This document shows positions 48,971 to 63,389 of a stretch of DNA of 64,000 nucleotides, one piece after another (the stretch's first letter is position 1; each line of letters opens with the position of its first letter). The notes under the pieces are model-generated. The model was given only the letters and a program-made list of their open reading frames with translations. It had not been told where the DNA came from and did not search any database. The DNA is from Chara braunii. Lineage: Eukaryota > Plantae > Charophyceae. The stretch is from contig BFEA01000007.1 of the NCBI GenBank assembly GCA_003427395.1, positions 4,471,248 to 4,535,247 on the forward strand, written 5' to 3'. Position numbers and translations under genes: made by a program.

Positions 48971-51354
48971 TCAACTGGCGTCGACAAGCCAGTTATCCAA
49001 CACCACTTTTTTTCCCACTACCTTGGCTAGTCTTTCATTCATGGCCCAGGTCTCTTCAAACCAACTAAGACCTCCTGTTCTTTGTCTGGAACTATAAACT
49101 TTCCTTCTCCGGTCACTCAGTATTACCAATCTGATATGTATCTTCACTGATGCTTTAATGACTGAGTCTGCAAGGAACCTCCCTTCAAAAACACATTTGT
49201 TTCTGACTTCCCATACTACCAATGATAGGCAGACTCTCAATGCCTGGGCAATGTAGCCCCAACCTTTATGCAACGAAAATTCCTCTTGGACTCCCCCAAG
49301 AAGGATCCATTGTTCATCCCAAGGGAAAGTTGGACCACTGATGCATTCCCACTGTGCTTTCCACCAGTCCCATATACAAGCAGAGAAGGGGCATGCGAGC
49401 CAGAGGTGCGTGGTTGATTCGTACGGCCCCTTGCATCTGCTACATTGAAGAGAGATCTGCATGCCTCGTTCCGCCAGCTATACCGCGGACAGGGTGGCCA
49501 TCAGAAAGAGGACTCATAGCAGTGAGGCAGCTCTCGGAAATGGGGCCAATTTCAGCTGCTGCCAGCATCTCCTGTAAGACATCGCAAGATCTCAGGTTCC
49601 TCAAAGGCGATGACTTGGGACCAACGACTGACAACTGCCATCTGAGGGGTGCGGCGCAGTGTGGTGAGGTTGTAGCCCACTGTCGAAGTGTAATCCATTA
49701 CCTAGGATCCCTCGAAGATGAGTTGGGAACCTCTCCACAACCACATCCATGGATCCAACTTTAGTTTACGGATCGGAGTGTCATTGGTCCATAGGAAGCA
49801 CGTCAAAGTTTTATCCTCATCACAACTTTCCCGAATTATGATCTGCACCAAATTACCAAGTGGTCTTAAGGGTCCGCTCAGGGAGTCCTCATCCCTTATC
49901 ATCAGTTGTTGAGAGTGGGCTTGCCTTTCCCAGACCGAGAAGAATCTGGTTCCATCTATGTTTGTGTCCAACAACTTCCAGAAGATATGTGGTTTCTCGT
50001 CCGATTCCTGCATAAACCAAGTGTCGGGTGGGGGTCCCATGTGGGCTCAGGATGTCATGCCAGGTTCTTGGGATGACGTTCAGCAAATTAGCGAACCTTG
50101 TGTCGATTTGTCCCAACCTTCCGAGCTTCTCCTTCAGTTCTCGTAGAAAGAGTCATTGACCGATATAGTCATTTCAGATGTCCGCCACTCTAAGAACCCC
50201 TCTTTCGGCCCAATCGCTACCGAAAGCCTCTTTTGCACAGCGTGCTGAGAAGGGTCTCCCAATGAAAGTCAGTATGGCAGGGTTGTCAAATAAAGGTTGG
50301 GAAAACACTTCTTACTTCGTTGTCGGGGCTGTCCAGGTGCGGGGGCCCACTCTCCTCTAGGCCTGTAGGACTCCTTTCCAAAATTTTAACTTGATCCGCC
50401 ATCTCAGGAAGGACTCCATTATACAACAGGTCCATACATCCTCTACTCTTGGCAATTTTCAATCTTCGGCAAACAACTGTTTTCCCAGCATAACCTAGTG
50501 ATTTCCATAATCATTGTATATGGCTCTGGTAACCCATTTTACTAACAATGCATCGTTTTGCCTGCCTAAGTCCAGCATACCTAGGCCACCTCTCGATCAG
50601 TCGCAACAGATTAACTCCCATGCAACTTTCGAAATAAAGCCTGCCTCCTTTTTCCCGAAGGGTTTCCAGATGAACTTTATGGCTACCCTTCGGACAATTT
50701 TGAGTAACTGTCTGCTTAGCACTCTTACGGTGCCTACAAACCATAGCAATGAAAATCGAGCCACATTTGTAACTAACGCTCTCCCAAACAGTGACAAGTG
50801 TTGGGCTGGGCTCCACACTGCTATACGCCTGATAACCTTCTGTTGTAGAAGATCGTTCTGAGCATCTACACGTCTACTGAGTGCGATCTGGACCCCTAAG
50901 TGGCGTTCTGCATTACCGCTGGCAACTTGTTTCATCCCCCACTCAACAGTGAGTGCATACCTGTCCAGAAGGAAGATCACTAATTTGTTTCAATTTACAG
51001 CAGCTTTGGATAACTCGGCGTATTCCACTAGACAGACTTTCAACGCAGTGAGGGATTCAACTGTGTTTTCTGAGACGGCCATTAGGTTGTCCACTAGGGC
51101 CTTGACCCGACACTCCAGGTGTTGTGTAGGTATGCCTCTGATGTGTGGGTGCGTTCTGATGTTATTCACAAGCACTTCAATTGGAGGACGAACAACAGGG
51201 GTGCCAACGGGCACCCTTGCCGTAGGGATCAGGATAGTGCAAAAGGTGAGGAGATACCATTGATGGAGATAAATGTTGTAGAGAGGGTGTAAAGTGCGAA
51301 AACCCATCTGCAAAAAATTGGTCCAAAGTTCATCACATGGAGTGTGGTGAGAAC
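48971..51354 (-). pseudogene. L1/Tx1-like LINE ORF2 remnant (RT C-terminal part and zf-RVT)
   Basis: ERHLGVQI, LSLFGRALVTN, KVAWELIC, CSRC...ESTTHLWLACPFS..IW; runs into the N gap. Confidence 0.88.
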
Positions 51355-51924
51355 NNNNNNNNNNNNNNNNNNNNNNNNNNNNNNNNNNNNNNNNNNNNNN
51401 NNNNNNNNNNNNNNNNNNNNNNNNNNNNNNNNNNNNNNNNNNNNNNNNNNNNNNNNNNNNNNNNNNNNNNNNNNNNNNNNNNNNNNNNNNNNNNNNNNNN
51501 NNNNNNNNNNNNNNNNNNNNNNNNNNNNNNNNNNNNNNNNNNNNNNNNNNNNNNNNNNNNNNNNNNNNNNNNNNNNNNNNNNNNNNNNNNNNNNNNNNNN
51601 NNNNNNNNNNNNNNNNNNNNNNNNNNNNNNNNNNNNNNNNNNNNNNNNNNNNNNNNNNNNNNNNNNNNNNNNNNNNNNNNNNNNNNNNNNNNNNNNNNNN
51701 NNNNNNNNNNNNNNNNNNNNNNNNNNNNNNNNNNNNNNNNNNNNNNNNNNNNNNNNNNNNNNNNNNNNNNNNNNNNNNNNNNNNNNNNNNNNNNNNNNNN
51801 NNNNNNNNNNNNNNNNNNNNNNNNNNNNNNNNNNNNNNNNNNNNNNNNNNNNNNNNNNNNNNNNNNNNNNNNNNNNNNNNNNNNNNNNNNNNNNNNNNNN
51901 NNNNNNNNNNNNNNNNNNNNNNNN
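51355..51924. other. Assembly gap (570 N)
   Basis: Run of n. Confidence 1.
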
Positions 51925-52517
51925 GAACGCATCTACCCAGAAACATAGTCAGTTTCGTTTTTTGTATGTGTTTTGCTTTCTTTTTTTGGTGATCCGCGTT
52001 TAGTGCCCTGCCAACGAGATGCAAGGCGCATTCCACGGGCAACTGACACTTTGCAATGGGGGGCGTATTCTCACTCGTACTCCAGATTCTGTATCCAGTT
52101 GCTTTCACGTCCAAAGTGTTGTTGATTTTTTGTTTTTTTTTGCTTTTTTTTTTTTTTCTTCTGCTGTCGTGATTACAACAGGGTTGCAATGGCCGTTGGG
52201 AGGGCATACTATCACAGGTACTCCAGATTCTGAATCTAGTTGCTTTCACGTCAAAGAGTTGTTGCTGAATTTTTGATTTTTTTCTTTTGTTTTTTCCTGT
52301 TGCCGTGATTTCAGCAAAGTTGTAACGCCCGTTGAAGGTGCATAATCTCACATGTACCCCAGAATCTGCATCCGACTGCTTGCACGTCCCTAGCGTAGTT
52401 GATTTCTTTTTTTTTTTTCTTTTTTTTTTCCATTTCCGAAGAGAAGCATAAAGGAAAACACAATGGAACCCAGGCTCAGGGTTGGGAAAAACAGGCTCGG
52501 AGGTACTAGTGGTTTAA

Positions 52518-52945
52518 ACCACCAGTACTTGGCCCAACTATTGAAGCCGAGCCTGAATTATGCCTGCGTGCCGATTTTCGCCGAGCCTCTGTCAAAAGAA
52601 AGAAAAAGTCGGTACCGGTACTGGTACCGCGTTTCGACATTGCGGCCTCTTTTGTTGGTTTTCTTTGACGGCCATCTTGTAGTCCTTTCGCCAGTACGTG
52701 CACATCAGTTCTGTACAGAGTAGCGTTAGGTTTATTTTTTTTTCCTTTTCGTCTTTTCGGTTTCCGTACAGTCACCGCGTGAGGCCTCAAGGCTGCGTGG
52801 CGATGTTTTTGCTCCGTTCGTTCCCGCCTCCGCCGTCTTCGTGTTCTCCTGCCTGACCGCCATCGCTCCTACACCGTTGCACTGTCAATCGCCCCGCGTG
52901 GCCATCAATGCCACAACTTACACTACATTCATGAAGATGGCAACG

Positions 52946-53025
<80 letters not shown>

Positions 53026-53026
53026 N

Positions 53027-53117
<91 letters not shown>

Positions 53118-53557
53118 GTCTTTCCCCTAACGAAAGGCAGCGCGTTCGACTGTCCCGTCTCTCTTAGAGAGAGAGAGAGAGACTCGTGCACGCGACGGGC
53201 TGGACGTGGAAGCGTGCCGATGGCAGACCGGGCGGACAAGGTCGCACGTGCAAGCACCCACCGGCCACCGCTCGGCGTGAAACCGCCTGTCTGTTGTTTT
53301 TTTTTTTTTTTTTTTTTTTTCCGCCTTTCGGTTCACGACAACTTTCGTCCGTATAGCTCAATGATTTCCGTACGTTGGTTGGCCGGCCAGGCACAAACGG
53401 TCGTAAACCTATGTCCGTTGCCGAACTACCCGCCTTGTCCCGTCTGGGCCCGCGAGGCTTTCACAAATAAAACTGCCGAATCGGCCCCGAGGCCTTGGGG
53501 TCGCGGCGCGTACACGGGAAGGCCCCGAGGCCGATGTACGGGCCAAGTACTGGTGGT
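52518..53557. mobile_element. TTAA-site MITE with 18-bp TIR, containing (CT)n
   Basis: ACCACCAGTACTTGGCCC ... GGGCCAAGTACTGGTGGT; left TTAA, right TTA then a junction. Confidence 0.8.
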
Positions 53558-54892
53558 TTACGAAGGGAGATAGACGTCAATTCCTGATATCGACCTTGTC
53601 TCCTTTCTTGTACAACACTGTGATTATGACATGTGCCATACCTGCAGAGATGTGTCCGCCCGTAAGAATTTCGTTGTAAATGACGACCAAATGAGGGATG
53701 AGAACCCGACCATGTTGTTGGTGCACTTCTACTGGAATACCATCTCTACCGGGGGCTTTGCCCTTGATTTTTCTTTTGGCGAGAAAATGCTGTCGGATTT
53801 GCGGCGAGGCGGCACTTGATGTTTCTTTTCTTTTAGCGGGAAAGCGCTGACGGATTTGCGGCGCAGCGACACGTTTTTTTCTTTTCTACGGCGCTGCGTC
53901 TGTTACATTTGATGAGGTTGTGCTGCCAGAGTTGGAGTGTGCGGCGGCGACAACTTGACGTGGTGGCAGTTGGCACGCGGCGCACTATGAAATTTGCATG
54001 AGGAGTGAATGTTGGTGGTGTAGAACCATCAGAGACCAATTGGGACCGGTTGGGATAGACGTGGAACGAGTTGGGACTGTCTTGGAAACAACAGTTTTTT
54101 GGGGGGGGGACTCGTGCGACTTGCCGTCGTCGAATCTGGGACTACCGCGTGTGAGACTTGCGAGTCGGGAACAAATTGGGACAAACAGTTGGCTTGAGAC
54201 TTGCTTTGGGACTGCAGTTTTCTTTGGCGACAAGTATATTCTTTCTTGGCTTTCTTGAGTGAGTCATGGCGCGTTCGACACCACTTCACTCAAGGTCACT
54301 CAGTGGACGACTCAGACTCCCTTCACACCTGTGTGCACCCACACATTGCTTGACCCTTTTGCTTTGAATGTTCAGAAGAAAAGGTTGAGTGAGATTGTGG
54401 GCGTCATGCATGAGTGAAAAGGTGGGTCTGACGTGAATAGTGGGACTTTGCTTGTCTTCTTTTGATTCTGTTGTCTGTGTGTTGTGCAGGTAGGTAGAAG
54501 GATGCTTGCAAAGAAGATTGATTATGCCTATTTGAGAAAATGGAAAAGGAGTGTCTTCTCTTGACTTCTCACCTCCCTGCATGCCAAGAAGGGTTGGTTG
54601 TTTTGAGAAATGTTAATTTTTTGCGCACCGTAAAACTAATTTGATTGAGATATGGCAGATAAGGTCAAATGGACTTAGCCTTTCCCAAGGATTGACCCTT
54701 TCTATCCTGGATAACTTTATCTACCTTTACCTGTCCAAATGATTCTCATTCTCCATCACCTCTGACTCTTTTTCGTCTGAATTACCTTAGGCAAGAGAAG
54801 ATGAGAACAACTGATAATTTACTTGTGGTGAACACATTCTCTTTCTTCAAGAAGCATCTAGGACGAGGGTTCGTTGCTTTAGGAGCCGACCC

Positions 54893-55707
54893 TGTTATCG
54901 ACCCAGAGTGGACCGTTCTACGGGGGGCTACTTTGCCGATTCGGTGGAGACGGCCTGACTTCTGAGATCCGAGTATTGTGCTCGGGCGAGGAGGAGGAAC
55001 ACCCTAGACCACTTCCTAGAGGGAGAGACATGCAACACCTCAAGCAACACCCCTGATCAAGAATCATCCGCAGAACAACCCGTCATCCAAGAAGATTGAA
55101 GAAACGTATGAAGACGGGCGTGTGCGTGTTCAATCTTACGTCGGCGGTATGATGGAATGAATAAATTTGGCAGCGCATCTCATCAATTCAAAACTAACAC
55201 AGACCGACTACCTTGTCGGCTGCATTGAGGTTATTATTGAAAGCCAACTCCTCGTTGGCGGCTGTATGATTTTGTGGAATTCAACCCGGGGTGGTCGGAT
55301 TTTATTTTTATATTGTGTTATAGGATGTATCTAATAATGATTTATATTCGTTCGTTTATCATTTCAGATTGGATATATATTTATGTCGACTACGGTCGAT
55401 TTTTTTTTATGTAACTATATGTGGCTGTTATGTCTTTCTGTTTAACTGGTGACCAAAGGGACTAGGATAGTGGGGGTCTCACACTTGGTTGAGACCGTTC
55501 TACTCGACCGGCGTACGCTTCGTACTTAGGAGATCAGCGCCCTAAGGAACGGACGACGTCCGGGTTCAATAGGCGTTTTAATCGCATGTACCTATACTAC
55601 AACGAGTGAGCAAATGCCCTCGACTGACCCACCTCTGCAACTGCATGTAAAAACTTTCACTCGTGGGTCAGTAGCTCGGTAGGGATACGCCCCTAGGGGT
55701 GGTGACA
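54893..55707. mobile_element. Solo LTR (duplicate of 43679-44513) with 4-bp TSD ACCC
   Basis: ACCC|TGTTATC...GGTGACA|ACCC. Confidence 0.75.
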
Positions 55708-56880
55708 ACCCCTTAAGGAAGCAAGCTTATGCCCCACGGGAACCTATCATGTCGTAGAGGACCGCGGGATGTACAGCTGGCGCACCCGGCTAGAGCGGTG
55801 AAGGGACGACGCGACCATGATCGTCGTCCCTGAGTTGTCTCCGCTTTTGTTTTTGTTTTAACTCCTACGTGACATGGTCGAGAGGGTTTCCACCTCTTCT
55901 TGATAAAAGGCGGGGGCAGATGCATTCGACAACGGAATATGTATATCAATGTTCATGTCTAGTGTTGAACATATGCAGAATGTGTGTGTGTATGTGTATA
56001 TATATGTGCGAGTCTACAAATTTAGTTTGCTTGTTTGTTCTTTAGCATGTGCATTATACATGTATATGTGTGTATTATTACCTTTATATGTTTTAAAGCA
56101 TATGCAGTGTGTGTGATATAATAATACAGAGTATGTGTTGTGCGTATATGTGATAATTTTTTTTAGATTTTTGTGGTTTAGCTGCACAGTATGAGTAAGT
56201 GTGAGTATGTGTTGTTTTCTGTGTGCGCAGCGTGTGTACCCACCTCTTGCAACTGCATGTAAAAACTTCCGTCCGTGGGTCAGTAGCTCGGTAGGGATTC
56301 ACCCCTAGGGGTGGTGACAACCCCTTAAGGAAGCAAGCTTATGCCCCACGGGAACCTATCCTGTCATAGGGGACAGAGGGATGTACAGTTGGCGTACCCG
56401 GCTAGAGCGGCGAAGGGACGACGCGACCACGACCGTCTCGGTGGTCCGCGGGATTAATTATATCGTCGTCCCCGCGTTGTCTCCGCTTTTGTTTTTGTTT
56501 TAACTCCTGCGTGGCATGGCCGGGAGGGCTCCCTCCTCTTCTCGATAAAAGGCGGGGGCAGATGCGTTCGACAACGGAATATGTATGTCAATGTTCATCT
56601 GTAGTCTTAAACATATGCAAAATGTGTGTGTGTGTGTGTATATATGTGTGCGCGTCTACAAAACTATTTTGCGTGTTTGTTCTTTAGCATGTGCATTATA
56701 CATGTATATGTGTGTATTATTACCTTTTTATGCTTTAAAGCATATGCAGTGTGTATGATATAATAATACAGAGTATGTGTTGTGCGTATATGTGACAAAC
56801 TTCTTTAGATTTTTGTGGTTTAGCTGCACAGTATGTGTAAGTGTGAGTATGTGTTGTTTTCTGTGCGTGCAGCGTGTGTA
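55627..56880 (+). repeat. Local ~610-bp tandem duplication specific to copy B
   Basis: ACCCACCTCT..CAACTGCATGTAAAAAC restarts at ~56237. Confidence 0.8.
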
Positions 56881-57207
56881 TGTATTATAAACCTCTTTAC
56901 TGGTGAAGCAACTCGCAATATATGGGGAAAAAAAAATACGGAAATCAAGCCTGTCAGCGCAATAACCTTGATGAGTAAATCCAAGTTCGAAACATCCGTA
57001 GTTTTATACCAAACAACTAAAAACCTAGTAAGTTGAGTAGGTTTAAAATTTGTTGTCAGACGCATCAACCCGGGTGCACACCTGAAGACCTGTGTGCACG
57101 AGAGTTTTTCCGACTGTATCACGCATTACGTGACTTGGTATGTCACAAACTTTCAAAAGTGGGGTGCCCCTTCGCCCGAGTGCGTCAACTATACTTCTTG
57201 CAGATCC

Positions 57208-58899
57208 GAGAGAAGGTTAGCATCTACGTAGCACCGTGTTCACGTTCGGAGGCGAACATGAACAAGCGCTAAAAACCCTCCGAAAGCAAACATAAAAAAA
57301 AAAAAACAAAAAAAAACGAATTCTTAAAAAAATCCGAAACAAATATATGCTATGTAAAATAACAATAAAAACAACGTTTGCTATGGAGTCATATTCAAAT
57401 TCGTAACCAATCATGAGTTAAAAATAAAAAACCTAGGTTGTTTTATCTGACGTCCGGGACCGTCCGGGATGTCCGACCGGACGTCTGGTCGGACGTCGGA
57501 TCGGACAGGCGTTGTTCAACCTAGCACAAAATATATATATATATATATATATATACATAAAAATCATGTGGTTTCTACCTTGCATAAGGTGTATGCCACC
57601 AAAAGTTTGGCTCATTTGAGCAAGTAGAAAAAAATATAAAAATCTTCAAAGTTTCAAATCCCCACCTATACCCCTCCTATCCCCACCAAAACCCCTCGTA
57701 CCCCCTCCTCCACCCCAAATAGCACTCTATCACCAAATGCTCAGAAAATTCTGAATTTTTTTATGGGGGGTCTCTACGGCATGCGCAACACTGTCCTTTT
57801 TTTTTTTTTTTTTTTTTTGAATGCCAAAAAGTGGTTGTTCAAGATCCCGGACAACCCCCCTACCGGACAGTTGGGGGAGACATCCGGCCGAGACGTCCAG
57901 CCATCGGACGACTGGAAACCTAGTCAAAAACTGATAAATTAATTTTATTTTTTATTTTTTATATTTTTATTTTTTTTACGGAAAAAAAAAATTATGTTCG
58001 CCCGAACATGTTCGCGAGCTGTTCGCGCGAACGCACAAGCACGTTCGCGCGAAAGTGAAGGGTCGCGAACACATTCGTCGTGCTACGCACGTTAAAATAT
58101 ATATTTTTTACGGATCCAATAGAAGTTTAACAAATGCCTATATTTTCATGTAATTTTAAGTCGCTTCAGACTGGTGTTGGGTACTTGGATGGGGAGATCT
58201 GAAACCGCTTTTACAAGCATCAACTACTTCAAGTCGTTTCAGAGGTTTCATTTCCACATCTATAATTTATTAAATGACATGAAGTGACCCAACAATTATG
58301 AAAACGGTTTCAATTCCCCTCATCCACATATTTGGACGGGGAAACCTGAAACCACGTTCAGAATCTTCAGCCACTTCAGGGTTTTACAGAGGTTTCAGGT
58401 CTCCCTACCTGAAACTCATGAAATAACATAAAGTGGATGAAGCTTCTGAAAGTGGTTTCAAGTCCCTCTACCCAGACATTTGGATTGGGAGACTTGAAAC
58501 CGCTTTCATAAGCTTCAACTTCTTCAGGTCATTTCAAAGATGCCATGTCTTCCCATATGAAACTCCTGAAATGACTTGAAGTGGCAGAAAATTTGAAAGT
58601 GGTTTCAAATGCGTCGATCCAAATATTTGGATGGGAGGATACGCAACTGCTTTCAGAAGCTTCATTCAAAGGTTCAAGTTGTCCCACCTGAAACTCTTGA
58701 AATGACATGAAGTGGCATACAACAACGTTGTATAAAAAAAAAACAGGTGACCCCCCCCAATAAATTTACCTCGAAACCAAAACTGAAACTCTTGAAATGA
58801 CTTGAAGTGTTTTCATGTCATTTCAACTACTTAAGACCTCTGCTAACAAACTTCAAAATTTTTAATTCTAAATTTTCAGTACGTCATTAACCACTTATG
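57208..58899. mobile_element. GGTTAAC-end family element (duplicate of 45403-46594) with nested MITEs
   Basis: Same ends and internal repeats as copy A. Confidence 0.65.
57433..57923. mobile_element. hAT-like MITE inserted after the duplication
   Basis: Absent in copy A; TIR CTAGGTT...AACCTAG; 8-bp TSD TAAAAAAC/TCAAAAAC. Confidence 0.8.
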
Positions 58900-59691
58900 T
58901 TTGTGATCCCACGATTCACATTTTTTTTCCAGAAATCGAGCAGATATTTTTTTTCACTATTATTCTTGTTCATAAATTTAGCAGTTAATGTTTTCACCAT
59001 TTAACTATTTGTGATATGATGGTTGGGAGGCACTGAACCATTATTTATAGGTCTTTCTTCGATTTCTCTCTTACCATAAAATTGTAGTGAACCTATCGGA
59101 CGTGTTGCACTAATGTTACACACTTCCGAGCATGTTATGTCACATGAAGAGTTATTGAAAGTGAAACGTTGGACCCGGTTTCCAACAGGTGACACTTACT
59201 CACCATCCCGGATAGCAGACCCGACCCAACAGTCTGATTGGGAAAAGAAAAGGAAGAAGCTGACTATCTCAGCTGGTTGGCAACAAGTGTGCCCCAGGTG
59301 GTCATGGGGATTCATGACCTCCTGAATGCTTTACTTGCATGCCTTGCCAACTGAGCTTAGACCTTTTCCTATTTTTATGAGTCAAATCTTAACAGAAAGT
59401 CTTTTCAGGCCTTTTCTATTATTAGTATTATGAGGAACTCCAACCACATTCATGTTCATGCCTCCAACGACGGAACATGCAGGGCGGCTGGGATACTTGC
59501 TACAGTTGGTGGTCGACACTGGTGAGGTGTCAGCAGATAGCATTACAAACCATGCCATCTGTTACAATTGCGTCTCCCTTCCAGTCCCCTTCCCTTATGA
59601 ACACCAACAATCTATTATGAATGTCAATTGGGGGGGGTCAACGGGTTACCTCTCCATTTCAGACAAGAAGTATTTCAAGGAAGGTATACTA

Positions 59692-60157
59692 TCGTCTTCC
59701 CCCGAATATAAAGCATATGCGTTGTAAACGAATACAACGTATACAATGCGTTGTATTTGTTTACAACGCATATGCGTTATATTCAAGTCAACGAGACCAA
59801 CTTTACCTGCACAAGGAGGTCGGGTCCAGTCTGGATCAGTTCTGGACCACGACTGAGAGCCTCAAAGCCTTGACAAAAAGGTAAAGGTGAAGTAGTGATG
59901 TACCTTTCTATGTTCTGGGTTGAGTTTCATTCCTTTCCCCTACTTGGTCCCTTAATCCACTCCTCAGCAAATATGCAACATAAGAATGAATCTTCCGCTA
60001 GAACGTTGACAAATATAACCCTTTTCTTTTTTGTCTCAAGGACCACGGTAGTGCATCACGACCTTGGTGAGTGGCTTTCTTATTTTTTCACTTTCTTGAT
60101 CGCGCTACATTCTTGCCTGTCAGAAGCGTCACTTTCTTGGTTGTCAGAAACACCTTC

Positions 60158-60209
<52 letters not shown>

Positions 60210-60429
60210 GAATGCTACCAAAGTAGGCATTGACATTCAAGAAAAAAAAAAGGTTATATTTGAATACGACAATGTTTCTCTTCCTGAAATTCAAATATAA
60301 CGCATATGCGTATTATTCGAATAGAACGAATATGCGTTATATTTGAAGTGTTCTTGTATTCGGAAAAAAAAACGTTTTTTGAGGAAAACTCGAATGCAAC
60401 GCATATGCATTATGTTCGGGGGAAGACGG
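59692..60429. mobile_element. Tc1/mariner-like MITE (duplicate of 47643-48410)
   Basis: Same TIR, TA flanks. Confidence 0.85.
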
Positions 60430-60943
60430 TAGCCAGCGGTGTTGAACCCATGATCTTCTGAATTCCACTTATGCGCCTTACCATCTGAGGTCGGTGACTG
60501 AGTAATTCAATGATCTTGTTTTGCGACAACAAAGCAAAGACTCTTTTACGAAAGGAACTCTTCTGTTCCTTTTTTTTTCTCAACTTAAACCGTTCATCCA
60601 TTGCATGAAATGATCGAGGCCGGGTTCCTCACAGTCTACCCGGAACGTAACCGCCTGGGATCGTTACCCAGTTTTGCTTTCAGGGTGTGAACCTTGCAGG
60701 GGACCAACCCGCTGATAAGACAAACAAACTTGCAAAAACCAACACCAGATATATATAGGCTGCAATACTGAACCTTTCGAACTCTTACTGCGAAACCTCT
60801 CTGACCCCACCGAGTAATTCAGCCTGCCTACCCATGTCAAATTCGGCAGGCAACCATACTATTAACCTTCCTGCTACAAAAGGTTGGAACTTAAACGAGT
60901 TCCCGTAGCCAGTTAGCAGTCATTCCCCCCCCTACATCTGGGT

Positions 60944-61705
60944 TGGGCTCCACACTGCTATACGCCTAATAACCTTCTGTTGTAGAAGATCGTTCTGAGC
61001 ATCTGCACGTCTACTGAGTGCGATCTGGACCCCTAAGTGGCATTCTGCATTACCGCTGGTAACTTGTTTCATCCACCACTCAACAGTGAGTGCATACCTG
61101 TCCGGAAGGAAGATCACTAATTTGTTTCAATTTACAGCAGCTTTGGACAACTCGGCGTATTCCACTAGACAGACTTTCAATGCAGTGAGGGATTCAACTG
61201 TGTTTTCTGAGACGGCCATTAGGTTGTCCACTAGGGCCTTGACCCGACACTCCCGGTGTTGTGTAGGTATGCCTCTGATGTGTGGGTGCGTTCGGATGTT
61301 ATTCACAAGCACTTCAATTGGAGGACGAACAACAGGGGTACCAACGAGCACCCTTGCCGTAGGGATCAGGATAGTGCAAAAGGTGAGGAAATACCGTTGA
61401 TGGAGATAAATGTTGTAGAGAGGGTGTAAAGTGCGAAAACCCATCTGCAAAAAATTGGTCCAAAGTTCATCACATGGAGTGTGGTGAGAACGTAGGCCCA
61501 ATTAACTCTATCATAGGCCTTCTCCAGATCCAGCAGCACGACAACAATATATAAATTATTACGTTGAACCTGTTCTAAGACTTTTATTGCAGTTACTATG
61601 TTATCAAAGATTGATCTTCCCTAAACAAAAGCTGCCTGATCATAACCTACCAATTCTGGGAGGAATTTTCCTAACCTCCTAGCTAACACATTTGTCAAAA
61701 TTTTA
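60944..61705 (-). pseudogene. L1-like RT core remnant, 5'-truncated, ~1.9-kb internal deletion versus copy A
   Basis: Manual translation: KILTNVLARRL...DQAAFV*GRSIFDN...LLDLEKAYDRVNW...LRQGC. Confidence 0.9.
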
Positions 61706-61891
61706 TGGGATGCATTACACCACTAGTACCCCCGCCCGTGCTGGGAAATCACGGAAAAGTGAACGTTTTTCAATTTTCCCTAAAGACTTCGGATTATGGA
61801 TTTAGTGAAATATTTAACATTTTCAATGATTCTTTTTCTTTTCGGAGGTACCACAGTCTCGACATCAGTTTTATTTCCTATTACCAAAAAC

Positions 61892-61932
<41 letters not shown>

Positions 61933-62173
61933 ACGTCGGNGAAGNCCGTGAAGGAAATGTGCTCACATCAGAACTCAAAGGAACGCATCTACCCAGAAAC
62001 ATAGTCAGTTTCGTTTTTTGTATGTGTTTTGCTTTCTTTTTTTGGTGATCCGCGTTTAGTGCCCTGCCAACGAGAGGCAAGGCGCATTCCACGGGCAGCT
62101 GACACTTTGCAACGGGGGGCGTATTCTCACTCGTACTCCAGATTTTGTATCCAGCTGCTTTCACGTCCAAAGT

Positions 62174-62212
<39 letters not shown>

Positions 62213-62605
62213 CCTTCTGCTGTCGTGATTACAGCAGGGCTGCAATGGCCGTTGGGAGGGCATACTATCACATGTACTCCAGATTCTCTATCTAGCTGCT
62301 TTCACGTCCAAAGAGTTGTTGCTGAATTTTTGATTTTTTTCTTTTGTTTGTTCCTGCTGCCGTGATTTCAGCAAAGCTATAACGCCCGTTGAAGGTGCAT
62401 AATCTCACATGTACCCCAGAATCTGCATCCGGTTGCTTTCACGGCCCTAGCGTAGTTGATTTCGTTTTTTTTCTTTTTCTTTTTTTTTTCCCATTTCCGA
62501 AGAGAAGTATAAAGGAAAACACAATGGGACCCAGGCTTGGCAACTTTCGGTGCGCAGTGAAATTCAGGGTTGGGAAAAACAGGCTCGGAGGTACTAGTGG
62601 TTTAA

Positions 62606-63033
62606 ACCACCAGCACTTGGCCCAACTATTGAAGCCGAGCCTGAATTATGCCTGCGCGCCGATTTTCGTCGAGCCTCTGTCAAAAGAAAGAAAAAGTCGG
62701 TAGCGGTACTGGTACCGCGTTTCGACACTACGGCCTCTTTTGTTGGTTTTCTTTGACAACCATCTTGTAGTCCTTCCGCAAGTAAGTGCACATCAGTTTC
62801 GTACAGAGTAGCGTTAGGTTTATTTTTTTTTCCTTTTCGTGTTTTCGGTTTCCGTACAGTCACCACATGAGGCCTCAAGGCTGCGTGGCGATGTTTTTGG
62901 TCCGTTCGTTCCCGCCTCCGCCGTCTTCGTGTCCTCCTGCCTAGCCGTCATCGCTCCTACACCGTCGCACTGTCAATCGCCCCGCGTGGCCATCAATGTC
63001 ACAACTTACACTACATTCTTGAAGATGGCAACG

Positions 63034-63076
<43 letters not shown>

Positions 63077-63389
63077 CACGCGATGGACTCTCTCTCTCTC
63101 CCTGTCGATGGCAGACCGTGCGGACAAGGTCGCACGTGCAAGCACCCACCGGCTACTGCGCGGCGTGAAACCGCCTGTCTGTTTTTTTTTTTTTTCCCGC
63201 CTTCGTTTCACGACAACTTTCGTCCGTACAGCTTAATGATTTTCGTATGTGGGCTGGCCGGCCAGGCACAAACGGTCGTAAACCTATGTCCGTTGTCGAA
63301 CTACCGGCCGAATCGGCCCCGAGGCCCTGGGGTCGCGGCGCGTATACGGGAAGGCCCCGCGACCGATGTATGGGCCAAGTACTGGTGGT
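62606..63389. mobile_element. TTAA-site MITE with complete TSD
   Basis: TTAA|ACCACCAGCACTTGGCCC...GGGCCAAGTACTGGTGGT|TTAA. Confidence 0.85.

Noticed and set aside
50990-52351. 453-aa and ~200-aa ORFs
   Set aside because: They span the N gap and are off-frame LINE sequence.
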